Position numbers and translations under genes: made by a program. Under the pieces are notes generated by a model that did not search any database, was not told where the DNA came from, and saw only the letters and a program-made list of their open reading frames with translations. From the IMG/VR virus record IMGVR_UViG_3300046002_005110, positions 16,943 to 80,942 of that record: a DNA stretch of 64,000 nt; one strand, 5' to 3'. Origin of the DNA: a virus. Below, piece after piece: positions 16,751 to 27,212 of this stretch; within the stretch, counting starts at the first letter, position 1, and every line of letters begins with the position of its first letter.

Positions 16751-19282
16751 ATGGCATTTGATCCAAATCAAACGTCTAACGCTTATTTGCCGGGTGAAGC
16801 AGAATGGGCTAGAAAGTCTGCGGCCGCGGCCAATTTGGCTGAAGCTGAAAGATTAAAGAATCTTAACTTGGATGATAATGTAAATTCTGGTACTCCTAAT
16901 GCTAGTGCTAAAAGTCCATCAACAGTAAACATTTCTACACCTATTAATTCTGGACAAAAAACAGGAAAAAGTTTAGTTGATCAAAATTTTCCCGGCAAAA
17001 GAAAAGATAATCCATTAAGTTATTATAGTAGTTATACATATTCATTAACATTGTATATGGTTACACCTGAATTTGCTAATGAGTTCACCAATGGACCTGC
17101 ATCTGGTGCATTGTTGGCAAAACGTGGAGGCACTAATCAAGTATTTGTAGTGGCTCAAAGTGGGGGTGTAAATACTAATGTAGATGATAGAGCAATAACT
17201 TTAAGTAAAACGTTGGGTAAAAACCAACAAGGACTTGATTATTTTATTGATGATCTTACATTTACAGCCGCGATGCCAGGAGGCCCTCAAGGACAAACTA
17301 CTGCTAGTGAAATATACTTTAAAATTGTTGAACCAAATGGATTTACTTTTTTACAAGATTTAACTATTGCGTCAAATAATTTAAATAAAATAAGTCAAAT
17401 ATCAAAATCTTCAACCACTAAACCAACAGCTGCAGCACAACATTATATTATATCAATAAGATATTATGGATATGATTCTTCCGGCAGTTTAATGCAATCA
17501 ACCACCGATAAAACTAATTTTTCTGATTCATCGGCTGCAGCAGAAAGACATATTCCCATTACCATTCGTAATATTAAGTTTAAACTTGACGATAAGGCAA
17601 CTACATATTCATGTGAAGCATTGAACTCCGGAGAACAGGCGGGTTTTGCAAAATCTACTGGTATTGTAGAACAACAAACCAGCGTTTCTGGTAGTACAGT
17701 ACAAGATGTTTTATTAGGTGGTACTGGTGGGGCTGTTGGATTACTTCAAGTTATCAACAATGTAAATAAAGATAAAAAAGATAAAAATAAAATAGTTGAA
17801 ATACCTAATGAATATACAATAGAATTTATTGGAAAAAACAATCCAATTGCCAAATCAAATTTACTTGATGATAAAAGTTTTGATTCAAGAACATCTAAGA
17901 TGAGTTCTGTATCAAGAACAGATGCATCAAACATTAGTGCTAGTTTCAAAGCAGTTACCGTAAATACAACGGCCAGAAGTTTAAGTATTGCGGCTGGAAC
18001 TCCAATTGTACAAGCAATCGATAATATTATTATTAAAAGTGATTTTATAACTGGAGCTCTTACTAAAGTAAACACTAGTGCACCCGAATCAAAAACAGTC
18101 ACTTCACCACCTACTAGACCACTACAATGGTATAGTATTAATCCAGTTGTTACTGTCAAAGGAATGGATTCAAAAACGAATAAATGGGCATATAAAATTA
18201 CATATCAAATTGGTACGTATGATGTACCATATGCAAGAAGTCCTTATGTTGGGTCAAGAGTCAAATATCCAGGGCCATTTAAATATTATGGATATTATCT
18301 TACTGGAGAAAATACAGAAATATTAGAATATGAACAGACATATAATAATTTGTATGCCATAACTGCTGGTAAAACTACAAATGATGCGGAAATATCTCCT
18401 ACTAATGTTAAAAACACAAATGTACCTTTACTATCTCAGCCATCTACCAGTAGTCCTGTTGGTGGTAAATTATTTCAAGGTAGTGAAATAAATGAAAGTG
18501 TTCGTGCGTCATTGTTTAGTCCTGGAGACAGAGCACAGGCAAAAATTAAAATATTAGGCGATCCTGATTATATAATGAGTATCATTGGTTGTAATCAAAC
18601 TGCTCAAGCAATAGGAAAAACATCTGCCGAATCAGCAATTAAATTAATGCATTATGGAGCAGATAATAGTATTAATCCTTTTACTGGTCAAGTGTTTATA
18701 CAAATTATGTTTAATCTTACTACTGATTATCAGAATAATGGCGTCATGGATATTAGCGATAAAATTCAATTTTATGATACCTCTGCAGTTGCAGATTCTG
18801 GAATTAAAGGTATAGTGTACAAAGTAAATAGAGTTGAGAGTAATTTTAGTAAAGGGTCTTTTACTCAAGTTCTTGATTTGTCAATCGTAGAAGCCAGTCA
18901 ATTATTACAAGATGAAGATAAAAAAACAGTAGAAAGAACTACTGATACTACGGGCGCCGGCAGTGGAACTGCTAGAGAAGGTAATTTAACAGCCGCGGAT
19001 CAAGAAGATGCAGACTTAGGCGCCGCCATAACAAATCAAGAAACCATTTCTCAAGTACAAAATTTTGAAAAAGAATTACCAGGCGCGGATGATGATAAGA
19101 TAACAGTGGCAAATAAACAAATACAAACTGGAGGAATAGTTGAAGATACTGCTAGAGAAGTTTTTGGTAACGAATCAGTAAACGCGTTTGGTACAAATGC
19201 GGGAGGAGCAGCATTTTCTTTTAGTAGAAAAGTAGTAAGAAATAGACAAACATTGGCACCTGGACAACAGGCAGAGGAATAA
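16751..19282 (+). CDS. Putative baseplate hub protein
   Basis: 843 aa between gp53-like and gp5-like genes; KIKILGDP and YKVNRVESNFSKGSFTQVL are typical of hub (gp27/gpD-like) C-termini. Confidence 0.55.
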   Translation: MAFDPNQTSNAYLPGEAEWARKSAAAANLAEAERLKNLNLDDNVNSGTPNASAKSPSTVNISTPINSGQKTGKSLVDQNFPGKRKDNPLSYYSSYTYSLTLYMVTPEFANEFTNGPASGALLAKRGGTNQVFVVAQSGGVNTNVDDRAITLSKTLGKNQQGLDYFIDDLTFTAAMPGGPQGQTTASEIYFKIVEPNGFTFLQDLTIASNNLNKISQISKSSTTKPTAAAQHYIISIRYYGYDSSGSLMQSTTDKTNFSDSSAAAERHIPITIRNIKFKLDDKATTYSCEALNSGEQAGFAKSTGIVEQQTSVSGSTVQDVLLGGTGGAVGLLQVINNVNKDKKDKNKIVEIPNEYTIEFIGKNNPIAKSNLLDDKSFDSRTSKMSSVSRTDASNISASFKAVTVNTTARSLSIAAGTPIVQAIDNIIIKSDFITGALTKVNTSAPESKTVTSPPTRPLQWYSINPVVTVKGMDSKTNKWAYKITYQIGTYDVPYARSPYVGSRVKYPGPFKYYGYYLTGENTEILEYEQTYNNLYAITAGKTTNDAEISPTNVKNTNVPLLSQPSTSSPVGGKLFQGSEINESVRASLFSPGDRAQAKIKILGDPDYIMSIIGCNQTAQAIGKTSAESAIKLMHYGADNSINPFTGQVFIQIMFNLTTDYQNNGVMDISDKIQFYDTSAVADSGIKGIVYKVNRVESNFSKGSFTQVLDLSIVEASQLLQDEDKKTVERTTDTTGAGSGTAREGNLTAADQEDADLGAAITNQETISQVQNFEKELPGADDDKITVANKQIQTGGIVEDTAREVFGNESVNAFGTNAGGAAFSFSRKVVRNRQTLAPGQQAEE

Positions 19283-19283
19283 C

Positions 19284-22200
19284 ATGGCACAAGATACCCA
19301 ACAACGAACAGGGTCCCCTAATAATTATCAAAGTGATCGTGGCGGCGCCACACTTATTTCCGAGGCAGTTATTGGAATAGTTAAAAATAACGTTGACCCA
19401 TCACATAGCGGAAGAGTTCAAGTATATATTGCAAAATTTGGTGGTAGTGATCCTAATGACAATAAAAGTTGGATTACAGTTAGTTATTTGAGTCCATTTT
19501 ATGGAGTATCGGGACCAGGAAATAATCCAGCAGAAGGCGGGTCAGCAGAAGGTTACGGAAAGTTTGTTGGTAATCCTCAAAGTTTTGGATTTTGGTCAGG
19601 TGCACCAGAAATTGGCACTCAAGTTCTTTGTATATTTGTTGATGGTGATACTCAAAACGGATTTTATTTGGGTTGTGTTCCTCAGGCCGGTTTACTTAGT
19701 ATGACACCAGCACTTGGTAGTAGTAAAGTAATTGTCCCTAATGACGGAGAAGCTAAAACATATGGTGGGGCGGATAGATTACCGGCCGGAGAAGTAAACA
19801 CAACTAATCCTAATATTAAGAATAGTGGTACTATAGTAACTGATCCAAAACCAGTGCATAGTTATCAAGCAGCAATATTATTTCAACAGGGTCTAATTAG
19901 AGACAATGCGCGTGGAGTTATCAGTAGTAGTGCTCAACGAGAAACACCTAGTAAAGTATTTGGCATCAGTACTCCCGGCGGGCCAATATATGAAGGTGGA
20001 TATAATAACAGTACTATCAAAACTGCAGCCACCGAGTCATCTAATCCAACAAAATTAGATGTGATTGGTAGAACCGGCGGTCATAGTTTTGTTATGGACG
20101 ATGGTGATTTACAGGGACAAGATCAATTAACAAGAATTAGAACCGCCAGTGGTCATATGATAATGATGAATGATAGTTCTCAATCATTGTTTATCATTCA
20201 CGCTAATGGTCAAAGTTGGGTAGAATTGGGTAAAGAAGGTACGGTTGATATGTATGCCTCTAACTCAGTTAACATTAGAACTCAAGGTGATCTTAACTTA
20301 CATGCAGATCGTGATTTGAATTTACATGCCAATAGAAACTTTACATTATATGGTAAAAATCTAAACATGGAATCTGATAATGATATGAATATCAGAAGCG
20401 GTGCCAATTTTAGTCAATATGCTAGTTCAAATTATACAGTTAAAAGTGGTAGTGATCTGGCATTGTTTGGTGGCGGTTCTACTAGTTTAGCTGGTAGTGG
20501 ATCTACGTATGTAAATGGAAAAAAGATATATTTAAACAGCGGAAATGGTGGTACAACACCAGCTGAAGTTCCAGTAATACCAAAAGTTAATCACCCAGAT
20601 ACAACGTATAGTACAGAAAAAGGATGGATGTATCCAAGTCCAAATGCTTTACTATCGGTTACCAGTAGAGCACCAACTCATATGCCTTGGATTGCAAGTG
20701 GAAAAGGTGTTGATGTTAGTGTTTCTAGCAGTACTAATAGTAGTACTTCGACAACCACTCCAGCGGTTGCTCAAGTAAATAATAACACTCCTAGTGTGCC
20801 AAAAAGTCCTACAAATGCTGCTATTACTAGTACGGTACCACCACAAAAGGGAAGCATCATACCTGATCTTAATGGATCGGCAGTTACTGCTCTTACTGGA
20901 CAAAATGCTGCCTCTAACAGTACATTACCTAGTGGTGCACCTCCGGCAAAAGCAATTAAAGGAACCGGAACATCAGCAGTTGTCTCTCCAGTTACATTAA
21001 TGCCATTAATGTTTGTATTAAATGAAACAATAACTGAAAATGGCCAGTCAGTTTCTCCTTTTGAACCTTCATCAAATTCTAAACGAGCAAATGGAGTTCT
21101 TGATGGACCAGGGGGTTTAACGTTAGAACAAGCATGTGGTCCTGGTATGGCAATAAAACCTGGTTCGCAAGAATTACTTCAAACTAGACTTGCTCAAGGT
21201 ATGCCAATGGATAAAGCAATACAAGGTTTAGTAACTGGTAATCTTGGTGCCACTGACGCTTATAAATTATTAACTAATGTTAAAGTTCAAACTCAAATTA
21301 TTGCTGGTAGTATCAATAATTCTGCTACAAGTTTAGTAAATTCTGGAATATTAACTGGTACAGAAAGTGCTGGTCAGGCTGGAGGATTAGTATTAGCCTC
21401 TTCTAATTTTGGTGTTAACGCTGTTACCGGAATAGTTAATGGTACTGTAGGAACAGTTACTGGAATTGCACAGGGAGTTACCAATGTTATAACTGGAACA
21501 ATTGGGACAGTAACCGCTATTGCTGGTGGAATTTCAACGGCCTCCAGTAAAATATCAGATATGATGGCTGGAGGTAAATTTGCCGGACAATTAAGTGATA
21601 GTATTAGTAATGGAGTTACTGGATTAGCTAATAGTGTCTCTGGAGCCATTTCAACTAGTGTTGATAATTTAGGAAAAAGTTTATCTGGTTTAGTAACTGG
21701 ACTAGAAAGTACATTAAGAGGTGCCTTCAAAACGGTAGAAGCATCATTTAAGAATCTTACTGCTAATACTCCAAATATATTAGGCGGAAAAGGTAATGCT
21801 AGTAGTGTTACTGATTTGACAACTCCCGGCGCGAAATATGAATCCTCACAGGCTGCATTGGATTTAGCACAATCTAAATATGATGATGCTAGAGCTGCAT
21901 ATAGAAATAATCCAGATGATATAAACTCAATTGTATTAAGTTCTGCTGAATCAGAATTATCTGACGCTAGAAAGAAAGCGGCTAGTGCATCATTAGGAAT
22001 TATAACTGGTGGAGTAGATTCTGTTATATCTGGAGTTAGTAATGCAGTTAAATCTGCCACATCTACTATTTCAAATATATTTACGGGTCCTGCAACAACA
22101 CTTAATAGCGGAATAAACTCATTACCTGGGGGTTCTGGATCAATCGTTAATACTGTCAGTGAAGGTAATACAAATGTTGTCAACAATGTTAAGAATAGTA

Positions 22201-23057
22201 TTACTTCTTCCGCTAGTACAGTAACTGGTTCTACAACAGCATCAAATTCATTATCTAATCCAACTGGGTTAGTTGGAAACTTAGTTAATAATACTACTAA
22301 TGTCGTTACTGGTGTTGTAGGCGGAGTTGTTAATACAGCCACTGGACTTGTTACTGGAGTTATAAATACAGCAACAAATTTAGTAACGGGAACAGTGAAC
22401 GCCGCGGTAGGTTTAGTAAATGGAGTTCTTGCTCTACCAGGCGCAATTGTCAAGTCAATCACTGCAACAGCAAATGGAATATTAAGTAGTATTCAAACTG
22501 CTATAGCAAGTTTTGGTAACATGGGCGGGCAAATCAAGTCGGCAATTCAGGCTGTTGAAACTTTTAGTAAAACTGATATGACATCAAAAATTGGGGTTAA
22601 TATGGGAGATCCAAGAATACCAATCCCACTAACACTTACTAAATCTTCATCTCCGGAAGTGAGAGATCAAGGAACAACTGCAAATGATTCAGCATTAGAT
22701 CAACAGGCTAAATTATTACAAAAAATAAACGATATTAAATCACAAATAAGTCAGACTCGCGCCAAGATTCGTCAAGAAAATAGAGAAGATGCTGGTTTTC
22801 TTACTAAACTATCTACTTTAAATAAAATAGAAAGTTTAGAAAGAGATTTAGAAAAAGCCAATAAAGAATATCAAGCGTTAGTATCTAATCAGAATCAAGC
22901 GCCACCAGCGGACCCACCTCCAGTGACTGCTACATCAGAAGTTACACCAAATGGATGGAATGTTAGTTCTTCTAAAACGTCAATATTTGCAGATGGTAAA
23001 GGGGCAGTAGTAAATCTTACGCCAGAACAATTTAATGCTAGATATGGTAACAAATAA
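19284..23057 (+). CDS. gp5: Baseplate central spike (gp5/VgrG-like) with long C-terminal extension
   Basis: OB-fold GIVKNNVDP..SGRVQV...P.IGTQVLC.F.DGD; GHSFVMDD, RTASGHMIMMND beta-helix region; followed by gp25. Confidence 0.75.
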   Translation: MAQDTQQRTGSPNNYQSDRGGATLISEAVIGIVKNNVDPSHSGRVQVYIAKFGGSDPNDNKSWITVSYLSPFYGVSGPGNNPAEGGSAEGYGKFVGNPQSFGFWSGAPEIGTQVLCIFVDGDTQNGFYLGCVPQAGLLSMTPALGSSKVIVPNDGEAKTYGGADRLPAGEVNTTNPNIKNSGTIVTDPKPVHSYQAAILFQQGLIRDNARGVISSSAQRETPSKVFGISTPGGPIYEGGYNNSTIKTAATESSNPTKLDVIGRTGGHSFVMDDGDLQGQDQLTRIRTASGHMIMMNDSSQSLFIIHANGQSWVELGKEGTVDMYASNSVNIRTQGDLNLHADRDLNLHANRNFTLYGKNLNMESDNDMNIRSGANFSQYASSNYTVKSGSDLALFGGGSTSLAGSGSTYVNGKKIYLNSGNGGTTPAEVPVIPKVNHPDTTYSTEKGWMYPSPNALLSVTSRAPTHMPWIASGKGVDVSVSSSTNSSTSTTTPAVAQVNNNTPSVPKSPTNAAITSTVPPQKGSIIPDLNGSAVTALTGQNAASNSTLPSGAPPAKAIKGTGTSAVVSPVTLMPLMFVLNETITENGQSVSPFEPSSNSKRANGVLDGPGGLTLEQACGPGMAIKPGSQELLQTRLAQGMPMDKAIQGLVTGNLGATDAYKLLTNVKVQTQIIAGSINNSATSLVNSGILTGTESAGQAGGLVLASSNFGVNAVTGIVNGTVGTVTGIAQGVTNVITGTIGTVTAIAGGISTASSKISDMMAGGKFAGQLSDSISNGVTGLANSVSGAISTSVDNLGKSLSGLVTGLESTLRGAFKTVEASFKNLTANTPNILGGKGNASSVTDLTTPGAKYESSQAALDLAQSKYDDARAAYRNNPDDINSIVLSSAESELSDARKKAASASLGIITGGVDSVISGVSNAVKSATSTISNIFTGPATTLNSGINSLPGGSGSIVNTVSEGNTNVVNNVKNSITSSASTVTGSTTASNSLSNPTGLVGNLVNNTTNVVTGVVGGVVNTATGLVTGVINTATNLVTGTVNAAVGLVNGVLALPGAIVKSITATANGILSSIQTAIASFGNMGGQIKSAIQAVETFSKTDMTSKIGVNMGDPRIPIPLTLTKSSSPEVRDQGTTANDSALDQQAKLLQKINDIKSQISQTRAKIRQENREDAGFLTKLSTLNKIESLERDLEKANKEYQALVSNQNQAPPADPPPVTATSEVTPNGWNVSSSKTSIFADGKGAVVNLTPEQFNARYGNK

Positions 23058-23071
23058 AATAAGGAAATAAA

Positions 23072-23524
23072 ATGCCAACATATAAGGGATTTTCAACACA
23101 AAACGTTAATCAACCATTATCATTAGTTAGAGCTGGTGTATATGGCGGAGTGGGATCCATAACTGTTCAACCGAGAATAGGTAAAAAGTTTGCGCTTTCA
23201 GATCAAAATTTAGTAATTAGAGATTTACTTAATGCTCTAAGTATTAAACAAGGGGATAAAGTAGGACAACCAACTTATGGTACAACATTATGGTCTTATT
23301 TGTTTGAATCAAGTACACAAGACACTCAACAGGCAATTGAAGATGAAGTTCGTAGAGTTATAAATTTAGATCCTAGAATCATCTTGAACAGTGTTGGTGT
23401 ATATGTTCAAGAGAATGGTGTATTATTACAAATTGAAATGGCGTTTAATCCATTTAATGTGGCAACTCAAGTTGATTTTTTCTTAAATCGATATGATGGG
23501 TCTATTCAGCAACTGGCTCAATAA
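23072..23524 (+). CDS. gp25: Baseplate wedge subunit (gp25-like)
   Basis: DLLNALSIKQGDK..QPTYGT.LW..LFE, VINLDPRI motifs. Confidence 0.85.
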   Translation: MPTYKGFSTQNVNQPLSLVRAGVYGGVGSITVQPRIGKKFALSDQNLVIRDLLNALSIKQGDKVGQPTYGTTLWSYLFESSTQDTQQAIEDEVRRVINLDPRIILNSVGVYVQENGVLLQIEMAFNPFNVATQVDFFLNRYDGSIQQLAQ

Positions 23525-23542
23525 CTGATGATATTTTTTTGT

Positions 23543-23550
23543 GATAAATA
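23543..23550 (+). promoter_or_regulatory. Putative late promoter (GATAAATA)
   Basis: Intergenic motif upstream of GIY-YIG remnant and gp6. Confidence 0.55.
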
Positions 23551-23576
23551 TATGATATTCCATGGACATTAATATA

Positions 23577-23693
23577 ATGTGTGTTTACACGATCTATAAA
23601 GCAACTAATATTGTAAATAATAAAGTTTATATAGGATTTACTTCATTGACTTTAGATGAACGTTCATGGAAAATTTTAAGGACGGAAGAATAA
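23577..23693 (+). pseudogene. Truncated GIY-YIG homing endonuclease remnant
   Basis: My translation MCVYTIYKATNIVNNKVYIGFTSLTLDERSWKILRTEE* (38 aa; in-frame ATG also at 23562) retains the IY..N..N.K.YIG.T motif only. Confidence 0.75.
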
Positions 23694-23694
23694 C

Positions 23695-26600
23695 ATGGCA
23701 ACATCATCTCGCCAAAGCGCGCTTTTTGGATTGGCTGATTGGAAAAGATTCTATCAGACTTATAGACAGGCTGACTTTTCATCATATGATTATGAAACAT
23801 TACGAAAAAGCTTCATTGATTATCTGACTATATATTATCCAGAAACGTTTAACGATTACATTGAATCCAGTGAATTTGTTGCACTATTGGATGTTATGGC
23901 CTTTATGGGTCAAGGATTAGCGTTTCGTGACGATTTAAACACTCGTGAAAACTTTATTGATACGGCAGAACGTAGAGATTCTGTTATAAAATTAGCAAAC
24001 TTAGTTAGTTATAACCCAAAACGTAATACAGAAGCCAATGGTTTAGTGAAACTAACTGCCGTTAGTACTACAGAAAGTATATTTGATATCAATGGAGTTA
24101 GTTTAGGAAATAATACTGTATTGTGGAATGACTCGGCAAATTCCAACTGGCAAGAACAATTTAATACTATTTTAAATGCTACATATGTTAATAGTCAACG
24201 TGTTGGTCGTCCAGGAAATAGTCAAGATATTCTTGGAATTCAAACAGAAGAATATACTGTAAATATTATACCAAATCAAAATCCAGTGGTTCCATATATA
24301 ACTCAAGTAAACGGAGTATTAACTAATTTTGAATTAGTTAGTGTCACTAGCATCAATAAAGATTATCTATATGAATTATCACCAGCCCCAAATGGTCAAT
24401 TTAATATGGTATATCGTAATGATAAGTTAGGATATGGTAGTCCAAATACTGGATTTTTCTTCTATTTTAAACAAGGTACATTACAAAGTTATGATTTTTA
24501 TTTTGCTGAAAAAATTCAAAATAATTTTCAAAACGTAGATATACCTGGTATTAATAATACTGATACCTGGTTATATAAAGTAAACAATGATGGTACCAAC
24601 GGTGATCAATGGAATTTAGTTGATAATATTTTTACAACTAATTACAATAGTCAAGTAAATAGTTTAAATTCAATATTCAGTGTAGTATCAAGAACCAATG
24701 ATCAAGTAAGTTATGTATTTGGAGATGGTGTATTTGGAGAAATTCCAGTTGGCAATTATAGAGCTTATGTAAGAGCTGGAAATTCATTAACCTATAGTAT
24801 TGATCCAAGTGAAATGAATGGAATTGTAGTTAATATTCCATATGTAAGTCGTCAAAATACAAATGAAATATTAACAATAACATTTAGTTTACAAACAGTT
24901 AATAGTACGGCTCAAGCTCGTGAAAGTATACTTAATATTAAAGAACGTGCACCAGCACGTTATTATACTCAAAATCGTATGGTTAATGGAGAAGATTATA
25001 GTAATTTCCCATTTACTTTATACAATAGTATTATCAAAAGTTCGGCTCTTAATCGTAGTAGTATTGGTGTAAGTAGAAATATTGATCTATTAGATCCAAC
25101 TGGAAAATATAGTAGTACTAACGTATTTGCTGATGATGGTGCATTATATACTGATCAATTAGATAAAAATGTGACATTCTCAACTCAAAATATTAATTTT
25201 GCAATTGAATTTCTATCAATAACTTTACCATCATTTTTAAGCAGTTCACCAACTATTCAATATTATCAAGAATATTATCCAAGATATACTGGATATTATC
25301 CAGGACCAGAATCAGATGATCATAGATGTTATTGGAATGAAACTACACTTGATGGATCAAATGTAACTGGATATTTTTACGTAAAATTATCATCTGGTGT
25401 TAATATACCAATATCTTTGGGAACTTACAGTACATATTCAATGAGATATATTACTCAGGGTGCACAACTTAAATTTGTAAGTCCACCAGGATTTTATTTT
25501 GATGTTAATAACAGATTACAACAAGGTATTCCAAATTACAACAACGGTGATCATACCAGTATATGGGTTGGTGTAAATGGAGTTATAGGAGATGGTTATA
25601 ATTTTGGAGATGGTAATTTGTCTACGGGCATTGGACCAGTTACATTAAATTCATATATACCAACGGGAGCATATTTAGATCCGGATCAATCAATACCAAC
25701 TGGAATAATTCCTCAATTTGATAATACTTTCAACACTGTTTTGACTACACAAATTCTTGATTTGATAAATCTCAAACAAGATTTTGCACTTAACTATGAT
25801 AATAGTATTTTAATTAATCAAGAACGTTGGTCTATTGTACAACCAATACCTACTAATCCAACTTCAACTGATTACTTTGTTAAATTTGTTAGTGATAGTA
25901 TTAATAATTCATATCTTGTCACTATTAAAAATGTTAACTATTATTTTGCATCTGTAGATCAAGTTAGATTTACATTCGATGGAACACAACGAGTATATGA
26001 TCAACGTAGTGGTCAAGTATTTTCTGATTTTGTAAATATATTTAAAACAAATTCCAATTCTACTAATACCAGTACACTAGGTGAAGATTACATTTTAAAT
26101 GTCACTGGACAACCAGCACAAAGTGATGGAATGCCAGATGATTATCAAATTACAGTAAGTAGTATTAATTTAATTAGTGGTTACACATATGATCCTGATT
26201 TTTTTAATACTATAGTTGGTTCAAGTTCAACTGCTTATGTATTTTTTAAAATATTTTCCGATATTAATGATTTATATAGAACTCAAGTTTTACCAGTTGG
26301 TTCAGTGATATATGCCTATTCAACTCAAAATCAAGTTTTAAATGTAATATATGAATATCCTACTGAAACATTATTCTATTGCATCAATGGAAGCATTACT
26401 AATCCAGTTCCAACTTTCTATCAATCTGTTGTTGTTCCTGGAACACAACCTCCAGTTCTCATTTTAAATGATGTTAGTTCATCATATACGGTTACTAGAG
26501 GACGTGGTGGAATTAACTTTCAATATCGTCATAATAGTGACAATACTACAAGAATTGATCCGGCCACTACAAACATCATTGATTTGTATTTGGTTACACA

Positions 26601-27129
26601 ATCATATTATACTCAGTTTCAAAATTGGCTTAATGATAGTACTGGAACTGTTCCTTTACCACCTAAACCAACTATTCAAGAACTTCAACAGGCTTATGGA
26701 GAATTAGATAGTTATAAAATGATCAGTGATAGTGTGATTTTAAATAGTGTAAACTTCAAACCATTATTTGGAACAAAAGCTGCTCCTGCATTACGAGGAA
26801 CAATTAAAGTTATTAAAAATCCTACAACAACTGTTAGTGATAGTCAAATTCGTAGTAGTGTTTTGGCTGCGCTTAATAGTTATTTTACAATTAATAATTG
26901 GGATTTTGGTGATACTTTCTACTTCAGTGAACTTACGGCCTATCTACATGTTCAATTGGGATCATTAATTAGTTCAGTAGTATTAGTACCTGCTAATCCT
27001 AATCAATCATTTGGTGATTTATATGAGATTTTAAGCGGCCCAAGCGAAATTTTCTGTAACGGTGCCACGGCTAATGATATTATTGTAATTAGTGCATTGA
27101 CTCCATCGGCTTTACAAAGAACAATGTAA
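23695..27129 (+). CDS. gp6: Baseplate wedge subunit (gp6-like)
   Basis: DF.SYDYETLR, FNDYIESSE, ENFIDTAERRDSV..LA..V.Y.PKR, FGDGVFG.IP, APARYYTQNRMVNGEDY. Confidence 0.85.
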   Translation: MATSSRQSALFGLADWKRFYQTYRQADFSSYDYETLRKSFIDYLTIYYPETFNDYIESSEFVALLDVMAFMGQGLAFRDDLNTRENFIDTAERRDSVIKLANLVSYNPKRNTEANGLVKLTAVSTTESIFDINGVSLGNNTVLWNDSANSNWQEQFNTILNATYVNSQRVGRPGNSQDILGIQTEEYTVNIIPNQNPVVPYITQVNGVLTNFELVSVTSINKDYLYELSPAPNGQFNMVYRNDKLGYGSPNTGFFFYFKQGTLQSYDFYFAEKIQNNFQNVDIPGINNTDTWLYKVNNDGTNGDQWNLVDNIFTTNYNSQVNSLNSIFSVVSRTNDQVSYVFGDGVFGEIPVGNYRAYVRAGNSLTYSIDPSEMNGIVVNIPYVSRQNTNEILTITFSLQTVNSTAQARESILNIKERAPARYYTQNRMVNGEDYSNFPFTLYNSIIKSSALNRSSIGVSRNIDLLDPTGKYSSTNVFADDGALYTDQLDKNVTFSTQNINFAIEFLSITLPSFLSSSPTIQYYQEYYPRYTGYYPGPESDDHRCYWNETTLDGSNVTGYFYVKLSSGVNIPISLGTYSTYSMRYITQGAQLKFVSPPGFYFDVNNRLQQGIPNYNNGDHTSIWVGVNGVIGDGYNFGDGNLSTGIGPVTLNSYIPTGAYLDPDQSIPTGIIPQFDNTFNTVLTTQILDLINLKQDFALNYDNSILINQERWSIVQPIPTNPTSTDYFVKFVSDSINNSYLVTIKNVNYYFASVDQVRFTFDGTQRVYDQRSGQVFSDFVNIFKTNSNSTNTSTLGEDYILNVTGQPAQSDGMPDDYQITVSSINLISGYTYDPDFFNTIVGSSSTAYVFFKIFSDINDLYRTQVLPVGSVIYAYSTQNQVLNVIYEYPTETLFYCINGSITNPVPTFYQSVVVPGTQPPVLILNDVSSSYTVTRGRGGINFQYRHNSDNTTRIDPATTNIIDLYLVTQSYYTQFQNWLNDSTGTVPLPPKPTIQELQQAYGELDSYKMISDSVILNSVNFKPLFGTKAAPALRGTIKVIKNPTTTVSDSQIRSSVLAALNSYFTINNWDFGDTFYFSELTAYLHVQLGSLISSVVLVPANPNQSFGDLYEILSGPSEIFCNGATANDIIVISALTPSALQRTM

Positions 27130-27176
27130 TTTAAATTTTTCTGACTGATATAGATAAATTAGTCGTTTTTTGTAGT

Positions 27177-27184
27177 GATAAATA
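27177..27184 (+). promoter_or_regulatory. Putative late promoter (GATAAATA)
   Basis: Intergenic motif upstream of 4137-aa gene. Confidence 0.55.
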
Positions 27185-27212
27185 GTAGATACAGTAATGG
27201 ATAATATAAAAA

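Noticed and set aside
21374-22462. 362-aa antisense ORF inside gp5 (and similar antisense/nested ORFs at 3488, 4651, 10368, 17746, 40666, 45948, 46406)
   Set aside because: Shadow frames of low-complexity or biased-codon sense genes; no motifs, SD or promoter support
23656-23667. Palindrome ATGAACGTTCAT resembling the 8980 hairpin arms
   Set aside because: Only 12 bp, single extra occurrence, at a probable deletion junction; likely chance
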